A stretch of 64,000 nucleotides of DNA from a virus. Under the pieces are notes generated by a model. The model made no database searches. It was not told the origin of the DNA and was given only the letters and a program-made list of their open reading frames with translations. Position 1 is the stretch's first letter; every line of letters starts with the position of its first letter. The stretch spans positions 64,001 through 128,000 of the IMG/VR virus record IMGVR_UViG_3300050343_000199, one strand, 5' to 3'. A program made the translations under genes and the position numbers. This document shows, in pieces, positions 43,898 to 52,373 of the stretch.

Positions 43898-44025
43898 AGC
43901 ATTTCTTGCTCTGGGTTAAGATTTTTCACAAATTGCACAGGATCCTTTTCGGACTTATGTACCCAATGATAGCGCATCATCTCAAAAATGGGATCCCATG
44001 TGGCGACACAGACATAATCCTTCAT
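43894..44025 (-). CDS. Small hypothetical protein (43 aa)
   Basis: Read manually: MKDYVCVATWDPIFEMMRYHWVHKSEKDPVQFVKNLNPEQEML*. ATGA-coupled at both ends. Confidence 0.65.
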   Translation of the reverse strand: MKDYVCVATWDPIFEMMRYHWVHKSEKDPVQFVKNLNPEQEML

Positions 44026-44126
44026 GTATACCTCGCTGCAAGCTCTTTAAGTTCTTTCACTGTCAGTTTATTTAACTGCTCAGTAAAATGATCTAATAGC
44101 AATTGCTTATATTGTTTCTTAGTCAT
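44022..44126 (-). CDS. Small hypothetical protein (34 aa)
   Basis: MTKKQYKQLLLDHFTEQLNKLTVKELKELAARYT*. Confidence 0.55.
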   Translation of the reverse strand: MTKKQYKQLLLDHFTEQLNKLTVKELKELAARYT

Positions 44127-44615
44127 TTAAACACAGATAGGTCCTTCGGATTTTTGAAATTCGTAAATTACATTACTACCCCATATGACTTTATCGTTCT
44201 TCCATCCTTGATCTCTACTCTTGTAAACTTCACCATTAAATTCTACCACACTTTTGAGTTCTCCGCCATTAATTATGCATTTATTTGTAGCAACAGAACC
44301 TTTATAGAATATACCATTAGGTTTAAATATCATATCACAACATTTATTGCGCTCTTTCCAATCAGGAGACCAGTTTTCAACTACAATTTGATCCGAATCA
44401 TCTTGAATACGATGCCATCTCTGTCGGTAAGGATTTTCTTCCCCCAGATACTGATACCACTGCTTTGATTTAAATTCAAGTTCTCCTATACGTTCCCAAG
44501 TAAGTTTGATGTGTGCATACTTTGCCGGGTTACCAGCAGCTTGATACCAATTATCATAGAACCCCTCCAATTTATCACAAAAATCTTCAATGTTTATCAT
44601 AACCAATACTACCAA
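44127..44615 (-). CDS. cpeT: Second CpeT/CpcT-type lyase-like protein
   Basis: EGFYDNWYQAAGNPAKYAHI...NPYRQRWH...CCDMIF...C...SRDQGW...IWGS..YEFQK. Confidence 0.75.
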   Translation of the reverse strand: MVVLVMINIEDFCDKLEGFYDNWYQAAGNPAKYAHIKLTWERIGELEFKSKQWYQYLGEENPYRQRWHRIQDDSDQIVVENWSPDWKERNKCCDMIFKPNGIFYKGSVATNKCIINGGELKSVVEFNGEVYKSRDQGWKNDKVIWGSNVIYEFQKSEGPICV

Positions 44616-44829
44616 GATAATGTAATGTGTCTTTCATGCTACCAATATGTTTATTACCGATAGCAACCTGAGGATATGTTGCATCAGATCCAAATTCCAT
44701 TTGAAATTGTTGCTGAGTAAAATGATTCCCTAGTACGTATTCATGGAATTCAGTACTAACAGATCTTAAGAGCATTCCTATACGTTCGCATTCTTGATTA
44801 CTATTACTGTAAATTACTGCTGTTGTCAT
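44587..44829 (-). CDS. Glutaredoxin-like protein (single Cys)
   Basis: VIYSNSNQECER...EFGSDATYPQVAIGNKHIG thioredoxin-fold motifs. Confidence 0.75.
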   Translation of the reverse strand: MTTAVIYSNSNQECERIGMLLRSVSTEFHEYVLGNHFTQQQFQMEFGSDATYPQVAIGNKHIGSMKDTLHYLGSIGYDKH

Positions 44830-45001
44830 AGTTAATTACAATTTGTCGTGAAACTTCTCCCTTGCTATTTACCAAGAGTTTTTTTTCTAATGTTCCATTT
44901 AGAATATTGCGAACATTTTCCAATTGATGTTCAATTATAAAGTTTTTAAACCCATCATCCATCCAAGATTTATTAGATCCTGGTGTATTGAAATCTTCCA
45001 T
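44804..45001 (-). CDS. Conserved hypothetical protein
   Basis: MEDFNTPGSNKSWMDDGFK...QLENV. Confidence 0.65.
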   Translation of the reverse strand: MEDFNTPGSNKSWMDDGFKNFIIEHQLENVRNILNGTLEKKLLVNSKGEVSRQIVINYDNSSNLQ

Positions 45002-45002
45002 G

Positions 45003-45530
45003 TTAAATCCAATCAGGTTTGCGGTCTGGGATACGAAGATAGTTATCTTTTACCCATGGTTTAGATGAAATATACATCTTATACTTATCGTAAATATCAA
45101 TACCTTCATCGTATTTAAACTCATCAGGTCCTGCAAATACAAAAGGTTTAGGACCCTTCCCACTGCGACCTTGTGGGTCTGCTGTAGGAAGTATCTCCTT
45201 TGCTGCTAGAAGCGTCTTCTGGCAGGTGTGAACTTTACCATAGCGAGCAGTATACTCATCACACATAGCAAGACCATGTGCGAGTAACCACTGCCAGTTG
45301 GTTACAAACTCATTCGCCCAAATAGTACAAGGGTGATTACGAAAAGCACCCTTCTCAGTAGCATAAGGAGTACCGTCTGCTTTAGGAAGAGTACCGAAGT
45401 TATGTCCCCATTTGTCTGAGCATACAATAGCAAGCATCTGGCAAGTCTCTAGGGGCATCTTGACAATGTGCTTGTCAGGGAGAACCACAGCAGACTTATA
45501 TGGACTAGGATCAGTTACAAAGATATTCAT
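45003..45530 (-). CDS. Pyrimidine-dimer DNA glycosylase / endonuclease V-family protein
   Basis: MNIFVTDPSP...LPDKHIVKMPLETCQML...NHPCTIW...EYTARYGKVH. Confidence 0.75.
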   Translation of the reverse strand: MNIFVTDPSPYKSAVVLPDKHIVKMPLETCQMLAIVCSDKWGHNFGTLPKADGTPYATEKGAFRNHPCTIWANEFVTNWQWLLAHGLAMCDEYTARYGKVHTCQKTLLAAKEILPTADPQGRSGKGPKPFVFAGPDEFKYDEGIDIYDKYKMYISSKPWVKDNYLRIPDRKPDWI

Positions 45531-45751
45531 ATCAATTTAGATAGCGAGATGCATAACAAGAATACTAACATTATAACTACGTCCCAAGATCTTGTCTTTA
45601 TAAAGTAAGGAACTGAAATAAGATCTGCAACGAAGTGTGCGCCCACACCAATTAATACATTTACATGAAGGACAATGAAGTAGGCAACAATAACAAGAGC
45701 ACTACCTATGATCCTTAAACGAACTACATTCATAATATTAGTATAACTCAA
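45527..45751 (-). CDS. Small membrane protein
   Basis: Hydrophobic. LRIIGSALVIVAYFIVLHV...SVPYFIKTRSWDVV. Confidence 0.75.
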   Translation of the reverse strand: MSYTNIMNVVRLRIIGSALVIVAYFIVLHVNVLIGVGAHFVADLISVPYFIKTRSWDVVIMLVFLLCISLSKLI

Positions 45752-46066
45752 TTAGTCACGCTGACGCCAATCATCAGGTTTATCTTGCTGAAACCATTCT
45801 AGCATATCATCAGCACTTGTAAACCCCTTCTTATGTTTGGATGGGTCGGGATCTCCTAGTCCCATCCTATTCAGAAAATCGTCTGTGCTACCGTCTTCAA
45901 TTTCCTGAGAAGATTGTCTTCGTGCTTGCTGTAACCAATCACGAGCAGTAGTATGACTCTTTGCCAATTTCTCTGCCCAAATCATATCATCTAATTTTAC
46001 CTCTTCACCATTCGCAATACATTTACAAATAAACTCCATTCGCAGTCGGTATTTTGTAGACAGCAT
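45752..46066 (-). CDS. Conserved cyanophage hypothetical protein
   Basis: MLSTKYRLRMEFICKCIANGEEVKLDDMIWAEKL...DKPDDWRQRD. CTAAATA at 46089-46095 upstream. Confidence 0.8.
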   Translation of the reverse strand: MLSTKYRLRMEFICKCIANGEEVKLDDMIWAEKLAKSHTTARDWLQQARRQSSQEIEDGSTDDFLNRMGLGDPDPSKHKKGFTSADDMLEWFQQDKPDDWRQRD

Positions 46067-46101
46067 AAAACCTAGATCACACCTGGTTTATTTAGAAGCA
46101 T

Positions 46102-46127
46102 AAAAAAAGAGGACCCGAAGGTCCTCT
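46102..46127 (-). terminator. Rho-independent terminator
   Basis: GAGGACC-TTCG-GGTCCTC followed by T7. Confidence 0.9.
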
Positions 46128-46143
46128 CAGTTATGTCAGGAGA

Positions 46144-46515
46144 TCAGAAGGAATACTTCAATCCCAATTTTGTTCCATAACCGCGATCAACGTCGCTATC
46201 ACCTGAACCAACGAACGAGACTTCGCCATATGCACCCAGAGCATCGCTCAAGGAGATACCAACGCCTGCCTTACCTGAAGGAACGGTGTCGCTCTCAGCA
46301 CCGTCAGGAGCAACTACGCTAGCGCCGCCTTGGACATAGTATGATGCAGAGTCACCTAGTGCGCCTTCGTAACCTACGTGAAGGTCTGTGGCAGTTCCGG
46401 AGTAGTCGGATCCAGTCCATCCTGAGTTGGCTTCTACGTTAACGTAGGGTCCGGCGAATGCAGCACCAGCAGAGACGGACAGGGCAGCGGTTGCTGCAAA
46501 TACAGATTTGATCAT
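46144..46515 (-). CDS. Host-like outer-membrane beta-barrel protein
   Basis: Signal peptide (AGAAFA|GPY), alternating beta strands, C-terminal Phe (KLGLKYSF). Confidence 0.75.
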   Translation of the reverse strand: MIKSVFAATAALSVSAGAAFAGPYVNVEANSGWTGSDYSGTATDLHVGYEGALGDSASYYVQGGASVVAPDGAESDTVPSGKAGVGISLSDALGAYGEVSFVGSGDSDVDRGYGTKLGLKYSF

Positions 46516-46587
46516 TTTGTTTAATTACCTTTTAGTTTACTTGTGGAGTGATTACCCACAGATGTTGGATTGAGTTGTCCCAATCGC

Positions 46588-46625
46588 TTGTACAGATTGT
46601 AGCACATGTTGCGATGCGCGTCAAG
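46588..46625 (-). promoter_or_regulatory. sigma70 promoter P2 of the OMP gene
   Basis: TTGACG-17-TACAAT. Confidence 0.8.
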
Positions 46626-46672
46626 TGGTATGTGCGATTAATTGAGGCACTTCCCTGATTTGCTACAAGAGT

Positions 46673-46732
46673 AATTTAGCATGAAAAAGGGGAGTTTCAA
46701 CCCCCCCTTGTGCCAGTTGGCGATACGGATAT
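46673..46732 (-). promoter_or_regulatory. Promoter P1 with a half palindromic box
   Basis: TTGAAA...TGcTAAATT. tgtgcca-gtt at 46709, 30 nt from the -10. Confidence 0.6.
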
Positions 46733-46758
46733 CCGATGAATGTGATAACTTTAACTTA

Positions 46759-47850
46759 TCAATTCAGGTATATCAACAGTCCTTTAACATTAACGTTACC
46801 TTTCATTGCTGTGATATCAACATTTCCTGTACCTGTCAGGATACTCGCACCAGTGCCGGAAATCATTGTTAAAAGAGTTGTAGAAGTGATAGTAGCAGCA
46901 TTACTTGCTTGTGTAAGTGGTCCTACTGCAGTAATATTAGTAAATGCTGCGCTCGTAAGAGTTAATCCACCAGCAACAGTTTTCATACCAATAGTACTCA
47001 CCGGATCTTTAATTAATCCAAGAGGTTGTTTAACTCCCAGAGCAATCATTTCTATTGCTCCACCGGCACCCAGAGAGATATCTCCAGCCGCCTTAATATT
47101 CATATGTCCAGGTGATATGACATTAACTGATGCACGAGGATCATACTGAAGACTCACTTCTTCACTAATAATATCTGATTTTTGTCCTGCGACTAAACCG
47201 ACTCTAGTACCACAGGTTTCCGTAATTTGCCCAGCATTGATACGAAGTTCTCCACCACCATTAGGACCTGCTTGAATAAGAACAGAAGATTTACCAATCA
47301 AAGATAAAACATCTGCTGCTTCTAAAACTATATTAGTTCCTTTAATTCTTACTTCACCATGGACTTCTGTAATACAATCGCCATAACATATTTCAGATTT
47401 TGCTGTTTCATTTTTACCTGCTGTAGAAGATTCCTTAGATCCTCCACCTTCTGTTGAAGAATTGGAATTTCCAGTGTATTGAGCAACTAAGGAACCACTT
47501 TTAATTAGTTGACCACCCTTGGAATTGACAATAAATCTGCCACCACATGCTTTACCATTTCCACCAGAACCACTAAGCATCATGATATCTCCATTCTCTT
47601 GAATAGAGATTCCCATACCATTTAACTTATTGCGAATTTCAAGGTCTCCACCATCATCCGTCAATGTATAACGTTTACCCGCAACTAGTACAGTAATTTC
47701 AGTTGAAACAGGTCCTTGATCTTCATTAGGAGTTGATGGTTCTACAGGTGTTTTTCCATCATAAGATCGTTGAGTTGGAGCTCCAGGTGCCCTCAAGTCA
47801 TCACCAAGTTTTTGATCAAATGTTTTTGCCATAATTACTCCTAAGGACAA
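46759..47850 (-). CDS. Baseplate spike C-terminal (gp5C-like beta-helix) protein
   Basis: Follows gp5. Repetitive Gly/Ile/Ala beta-strand pattern. Confidence 0.6.
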   Translation of the reverse strand: MSLGVIMAKTFDQKLGDDLRAPGAPTQRSYDGKTPVEPSTPNEDQGPVSTEITVLVAGKRYTLTDDGGDLEIRNKLNGMGISIQENGDIMMLSGSGGNGKACGGRFIVNSKGGQLIKSGSLVAQYTGNSNSSTEGGGSKESSTAGKNETAKSEICYGDCITEVHGEVRIKGTNIVLEAADVLSLIGKSSVLIQAGPNGGGELRINAGQITETCGTRVGLVAGQKSDIISEEVSLQYDPRASVNVISPGHMNIKAAGDISLGAGGAIEMIALGVKQPLGLIKDPVSTIGMKTVAGGLTLTSAAFTNITAVGPLTQASNAATITSTTLLTMISGTGASILTGTGNVDITAMKGNVNVKGLLIYLN

Positions 47851-50702
47851 TCAATATATTTACCTGTCCCGATCTTGGCAGATCCAACAGTAACTCTAAC
47901 ATCTCTATCAAGACAAGAGAATGATGGAATGAATTTAGCACCATATCCACCACCGCCGATGATAAGAACTTTAGGATAGCTATCAAAAACAATAGACCTG
48001 TTTTTAATTCTAACACTAATGACTTTACCATTTTCAACTACCGCATCAGCAATGGTATTATCACCGTTGATGTATACTTGAGGTGAAGAAGTATACTCTC
48101 TACCAGGATTTAACACAGTGAAAGAATCAATGATACATTCTTTGTCTGATGTTTGGGGAGTATTAATTTTATATCCAAATCCAGGATCGGTAATTCTTAA
48201 CTCAGTAATTCTACCAGTAGAATCTAATAATGGCAATGCAGATGCGCGGAATCCTTCTCCTGGAATAATAACCACTGGAAGTTCTGTATATGGATCTCCA
48301 GGTTCATCAATAGGAATATCAATAATTCCACCACCAGGATCAGTAATGATCTTTCCGGGATCTACAGTAGGATTTCTAGGTGGATCAGTTCTTGAATTTG
48401 TATTAGAAGATGAATCTTCACTGGCATCTAATTCTTCAGGACTAAACCCAGAAGCATCAGAGAGAATAATAACATTGGTACTAGCAGTTGTTCCTGCAAT
48501 ACCAAATGTCAGTAATTCTTCATCTTCTAGTTCAGAATCTACATTTATACCAATAATAACAGTTGCTGTATTATTTTCTATAGTAAATGATCCCGATAAT
48601 GAATTACTTACAATATCATTTGGGGTAATTCCAGTTCCAAATAGACGATAGAATAATGTTCTGCCAGTCTCAACATTTGTAGTAGTTATAGTATATTTGA
48701 TAAATTGCCCTTCCTTTACACTAGACCTATCAGATACTACTTTATAGGTTGGCGTTGTATCAGTAGGATCAACAGTAGGATTAGGATCTACATCTCTAGC
48801 ATCAACAATATCAGAAATAATTGTGTCAGGTGATTCAGTAGGTGCAGATGGAGGAGATGGTGGGGGATCTCCTGGTGCTGGTGACGGTAGACCTGGTGTC
48901 CTAATAGTACTTTCAGTTATCACACACTTAGCAACAGTTTTTTTAGCAAATGCTGGAATTGTTCCAGGAGAATCTTTTTTGATTGTCACAAAGAAATCCT
49001 CATCTCCCTCAGATTCCGTATCAGTAAGAGTTCTCACAAAAATTTTCTTTTCCGATTCTCCAGGAGCAAATCCTAAAATACCACTAGATTTTAAATAGTC
49101 AGTTCCTTCCGTAGCACTACCGTTTCTAGTAGTATACTTGACACTTGATGATACATCAAGATATCCAACTCTAGTAACAACAAAAGTTGCTTCATCTCCT
49201 TCTTCAACTTTAATATCAGAGATATCATATTGAATAGAATTTGGAACTGGGGGATTTTGAACCCCACCAACAAATATTACTTTTGTTGGTTGAAGAACAT
49301 TTCCTTCATATGCCTCATCACAAGTATACCTAGACCAATCTTCTCCCGTAACTGGGAATAGATCGTCAGTAATATTATTCAATAGATCATCTAAGAAATT
49401 ACTCCGATCATCAGAATCGCAATTAGTACAAGCTACGGTAGTTTTAGAACATGACTTTCCAGGACCGTTGCATTGGATTCCAAGTAAATCTAAAACATAG
49501 TTAATTGCATCACCGATAATATTAATAGCAGATGCTGCAGCACCTAAAAGGTCCTGAAGAGGACCTAAAACAGATTCAAGTAATTCATTCATTAAAGATT
49601 GTATTTTACTTAAAACACCTTCAACAAAATTATCAACTAAACATGCTGCTGCTTTGTATACATCAAACAAATATCCAAAAATAAGATCTTCCAAGAAAGA
49701 AGCCAAACGATCTCCAAGATCTGCCATCTGGCAACCAATATTAGCTAAAAGGTCGTTAAAGAATTTTGTAAGCGGTGTTAATGAATTACCAGTATCCGAT
49801 GGATACAATAGCATGTTAATTAAATCTTTAATACCTGCTTTTATTTTTTCAAGAATAAATCCCTTCACAGACGCGACAAAAGTTCTTACAACAGAGATCG
49901 CCTGATTTACATATTTTCTCCCTATGCCAACTGCATCATGCAATTCACCACTTAATGGTGCAATAAGGTATGTTCCTAATTTGCCGTCATTGTTTTGAAC
50001 TTCGGCAAGCATTTCCGAGAATAATCTAGTAAAAGTTTTTTTAAGATCAGTTTCTTTACCACACTTATCTGCTTTCTCTACACAAAAATTAATCCCTCCA
50101 GGATTTAAATCTGTATTTTTAGAATATTTCGCTACTTGAAAATTTGTTGGACCACTAATTATTTTCTCATCACCAGTCTCCCCTAGTATGCCACTAGGAG
50201 CTACTCCTGCCTCTGTAGCAGTTATCGCAGCCTTTTCGCCAACGGCAGGGTTAGGTTGATCAAACGCTAGTTTAGCATCTTCCGGAATATAGGTAGTAAA
50301 TGATTTACAGTTTTCACCTGGTGTAGGATCATCAGCAGTCTTTTCAGATGTTGAATTAGCAACTCTACCAACAGAACCCATAATAATAGGTTGTTGTTGA
50401 AGATTATCCAGATAAAATCCAATAACCCATACTCCCTTACCCAATTGATCAGAGACTGATGTTGCTCCTCCTGGTGTATGAGGATTCGTTACGGGCATCA
50501 TAGTAATTGCCCATGGAAGATCATCCCATGAAACTGCCTCACAAGACTTAGGATGAGCACCAACGATCCTTACTTTATAACGACCAGAAAGTTTTTCATC
50601 ATCCGCCTTCTCAGATTCAACTTGCCCAACCCACCATGAGAATCCATCGGATCCGATTTGGTTTATTGGATATAACCCGTTTAATGAATCCATATTAATC
50701 AA
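47841..50702 (-). CDS. gp5: Baseplate hub/central spike gp5 with Calx-beta domain
   Basis: FSWWVGQVE...GRYKVRIVGAH...LPWA OB-fold. EGDEATFVVTR...ATEGTDY...FAPGESEK Calx-beta. Confidence 0.85.
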   Translation of the reverse strand: MINMDSLNGLYPINQIGSDGFSWWVGQVESEKADDEKLSGRYKVRIVGAHPKSCEAVSWDDLPWAITMMPVTNPHTPGGATSVSDQLGKGVWVIGFYLDNLQQQPIIMGSVGRVANSTSEKTADDPTPGENCKSFTTYIPEDAKLAFDQPNPAVGEKAAITATEAGVAPSGILGETGDEKIISGPTNFQVAKYSKNTDLNPGGINFCVEKADKCGKETDLKKTFTRLFSEMLAEVQNNDGKLGTYLIAPLSGELHDAVGIGRKYVNQAISVVRTFVASVKGFILEKIKAGIKDLINMLLYPSDTGNSLTPLTKFFNDLLANIGCQMADLGDRLASFLEDLIFGYLFDVYKAAACLVDNFVEGVLSKIQSLMNELLESVLGPLQDLLGAAASAINIIGDAINYVLDLLGIQCNGPGKSCSKTTVACTNCDSDDRSNFLDDLLNNITDDLFPVTGEDWSRYTCDEAYEGNVLQPTKVIFVGGVQNPPVPNSIQYDISDIKVEEGDEATFVVTRVGYLDVSSSVKYTTRNGSATEGTDYLKSSGILGFAPGESEKKIFVRTLTDTESEGDEDFFVTIKKDSPGTIPAFAKKTVAKCVITESTIRTPGLPSPAPGDPPPSPPSAPTESPDTIISDIVDARDVDPNPTVDPTDTTPTYKVVSDRSSVKEGQFIKYTITTTNVETGRTLFYRLFGTGITPNDIVSNSLSGSFTIENNTATVIIGINVDSELEDEELLTFGIAGTTASTNVIILSDASGFSPEELDASEDSSSNTNSRTDPPRNPTVDPGKIITDPGGGIIDIPIDEPGDPYTELPVVIIPGEGFRASALPLLDSTGRITELRITDPGFGYKINTPQTSDKECIIDSFTVLNPGREYTSSPQVYINGDNTIADAVVENGKVISVRIKNRSIVFDSYPKVLIIGGGGYGAKFIPSFSCLDRDVRVTVGSAKIGTGKYIDCP

Positions 50703-50926
50703 TCTTCATATACTAAGCATTCAGGTTCTGAAGGATTTTGATCACAGAAAAGTTCTAGGTAAGTAGGATCATGATGATCTCCTGCCTCAATCTCTTTCTT
50801 ATGATGCTCCACATACTCTTCCAATTCATGCAATTCTCCCTCAATGTGACGACGTTGATTGGGAGAAGTCATAGGATTGTCAAGAATCTCTTTATCCTTT
50901 TCAATATGATCTTCAATTGATTTCAT
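50699..50926 (-). CDS. cp12: CP12 Calvin-cycle inhibitor (auxiliary metabolic gene)
   Basis: C-terminal ELFCDQNPSEPECLVYED. Confidence 0.9.
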   Translation of the reverse strand: MKSIEDHIEKDKEILDNPMTSPNQRRHIEGELHELEEYVEHHKKEIEAGDHHDPTYLELFCDQNPSEPECLVYED

Positions 50927-50943
50927 TTGTACTCCTAATAATT

Positions 50944-52371
50944 TTATTTATTTGTATATTCTTTAATTCCGCAAGAATCACGGATTAACTCAAGTACAGT
51001 ATAAGCGTTTTGTTCCTTAACGTCAATCTGATGATTGACAGATTTAATCAAATATGTGCCACTATATGTTGGATCCCAAACTTCATCTTTCCTCTCTGCG
51101 TCAGAAACTTGATTGGGAATCCTAATATCTATTGTATCTCCGGCATTAAGATCAAAATTCGCAGTTAGTGATATGGTCAATTCGTAATTGAACATAACTC
51201 CTAGTCTAGAAATACTCTGCGGTAAATATTGTTTAACATAATCAGGAAAAGAATTATCGGGAGATTGATCCCCGAGATCAGCATCTTCATTAGATGCAAC
51301 ATTTTTACCCATATACCAATTTTCGTGATTTACAATAGTTGACATCACTCTACTTGGATACTGTGATAATATAGTTTGACCTACAGGAAGTTCAGTTTTT
51401 GTCCCTAAGTGAGACATATCATTCCAAGTATTTGCTAGGGAATAAACTTGCTCTTCGTACTTGCCAGTATTTATGTCGTAGTAGCACACTAAAGAAGAAT
51501 ATGCTCCTTCCCTCATTTTTTGCATAGTATCAATTTCACTTCCGAATCTAATCTCTTGGATCTTAAACATACTCTCTTCAGATGTCTTTCCAGGAGAATA
51601 AGAAAAAATATTAGTCTTTGGTTTTTGTTCTGATAAAGAATCAATTGACTTAAAGACGAATTGAGATTTCTCTTCTTTCCTTGTAACCTGAAAAAATAAA
51701 TATCCTGCTGTTCCAGATGCATCATCTGCAGTATTAGGATCAGCATCAGAAACAGTACCGAATGGTATTACTTCTAACGGAATTACTCCTGATCTTGATT
51801 TTAATGTAGTAGATTCTTTTTGAGCAATTGTTTTAGACTGTAAGGATCTAATTAATGCAAATGGAGTCTTTTTAGCAGGTAAATGTGCAATGCTAGTAAC
51901 AGAATCTTCAATGTCAATCCTATTACCAACAACATTCAAATATTCTAATAGTAGTTTTCTCACTACATTAGAGGTAGATCCAGAAATTAGTTTATTGACC
52001 CGAATACTCTCATTTAATAATCCCTCGGTAGAAATTAATGCTAATGTATAAATCTGGGTTCTATCTGCATTAACTCTGTTACTTACTTTAAACACACGAA
52101 ACTCATAAAAATAAGTATCTTCTTTAGCATCAACTACTTCAAAAACAACCCTTTCAAATCCTTGAATAGGAATAGATGAAATTAAATTTTGTGCATTATC
52201 AAGTACAACCATGGTTGCACCATAAGCAGGCCACAGAATATTTTCATGATATTGGATAAACAATACCATATCCAAGAGGTTTGCTTCCGCCTTCTCCCCA
52301 TCTGGTTTATATAAAGCAATCTGTCTGATTTCACAACTAGATGCATATGGTTTTCTATTAAATTCTGCCAT
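50944..52371 (-). CDS. Baseplate hub/tail protein (gp27/late control D-like)
   Basis: YHENILWPAYGA...GYLFFQ...FVFKSID...GDTIDIRIP...SGTYLIKSVNH...LIRDS; position next to gp5. Confidence 0.65.
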   Translation of the reverse strand: MAEFNRKPYASSCEIRQIALYKPDGEKAEANLLDMVLFIQYHENILWPAYGATMVVLDNAQNLISSIPIQGFERVVFEVVDAKEDTYFYEFRVFKVSNRVNADRTQIYTLALISTEGLLNESIRVNKLISGSTSNVVRKLLLEYLNVVGNRIDIEDSVTSIAHLPAKKTPFALIRSLQSKTIAQKESTTLKSRSGVIPLEVIPFGTVSDADPNTADDASGTAGYLFFQVTRKEEKSQFVFKSIDSLSEQKPKTNIFSYSPGKTSEESMFKIQEIRFGSEIDTMQKMREGAYSSLVCYYDINTGKYEEQVYSLANTWNDMSHLGTKTELPVGQTILSQYPSRVMSTIVNHENWYMGKNVASNEDADLGDQSPDNSFPDYVKQYLPQSISRLGVMFNYELTISLTANFDLNAGDTIDIRIPNQVSDAERKDEVWDPTYSGTYLIKSVNHQIDVKEQNAYTVLELIRDSCGIKEYTNK

Positions 52372-52373
52372 AG

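Noticed and set aside
46743-46761. TGATAA-N7-TTATCA as a Fur box
   Set aside because: The spacing does not fit the 7-1-7 Fur box and it overlaps the gp5C stop codon; more likely a weak RNA hairpin.
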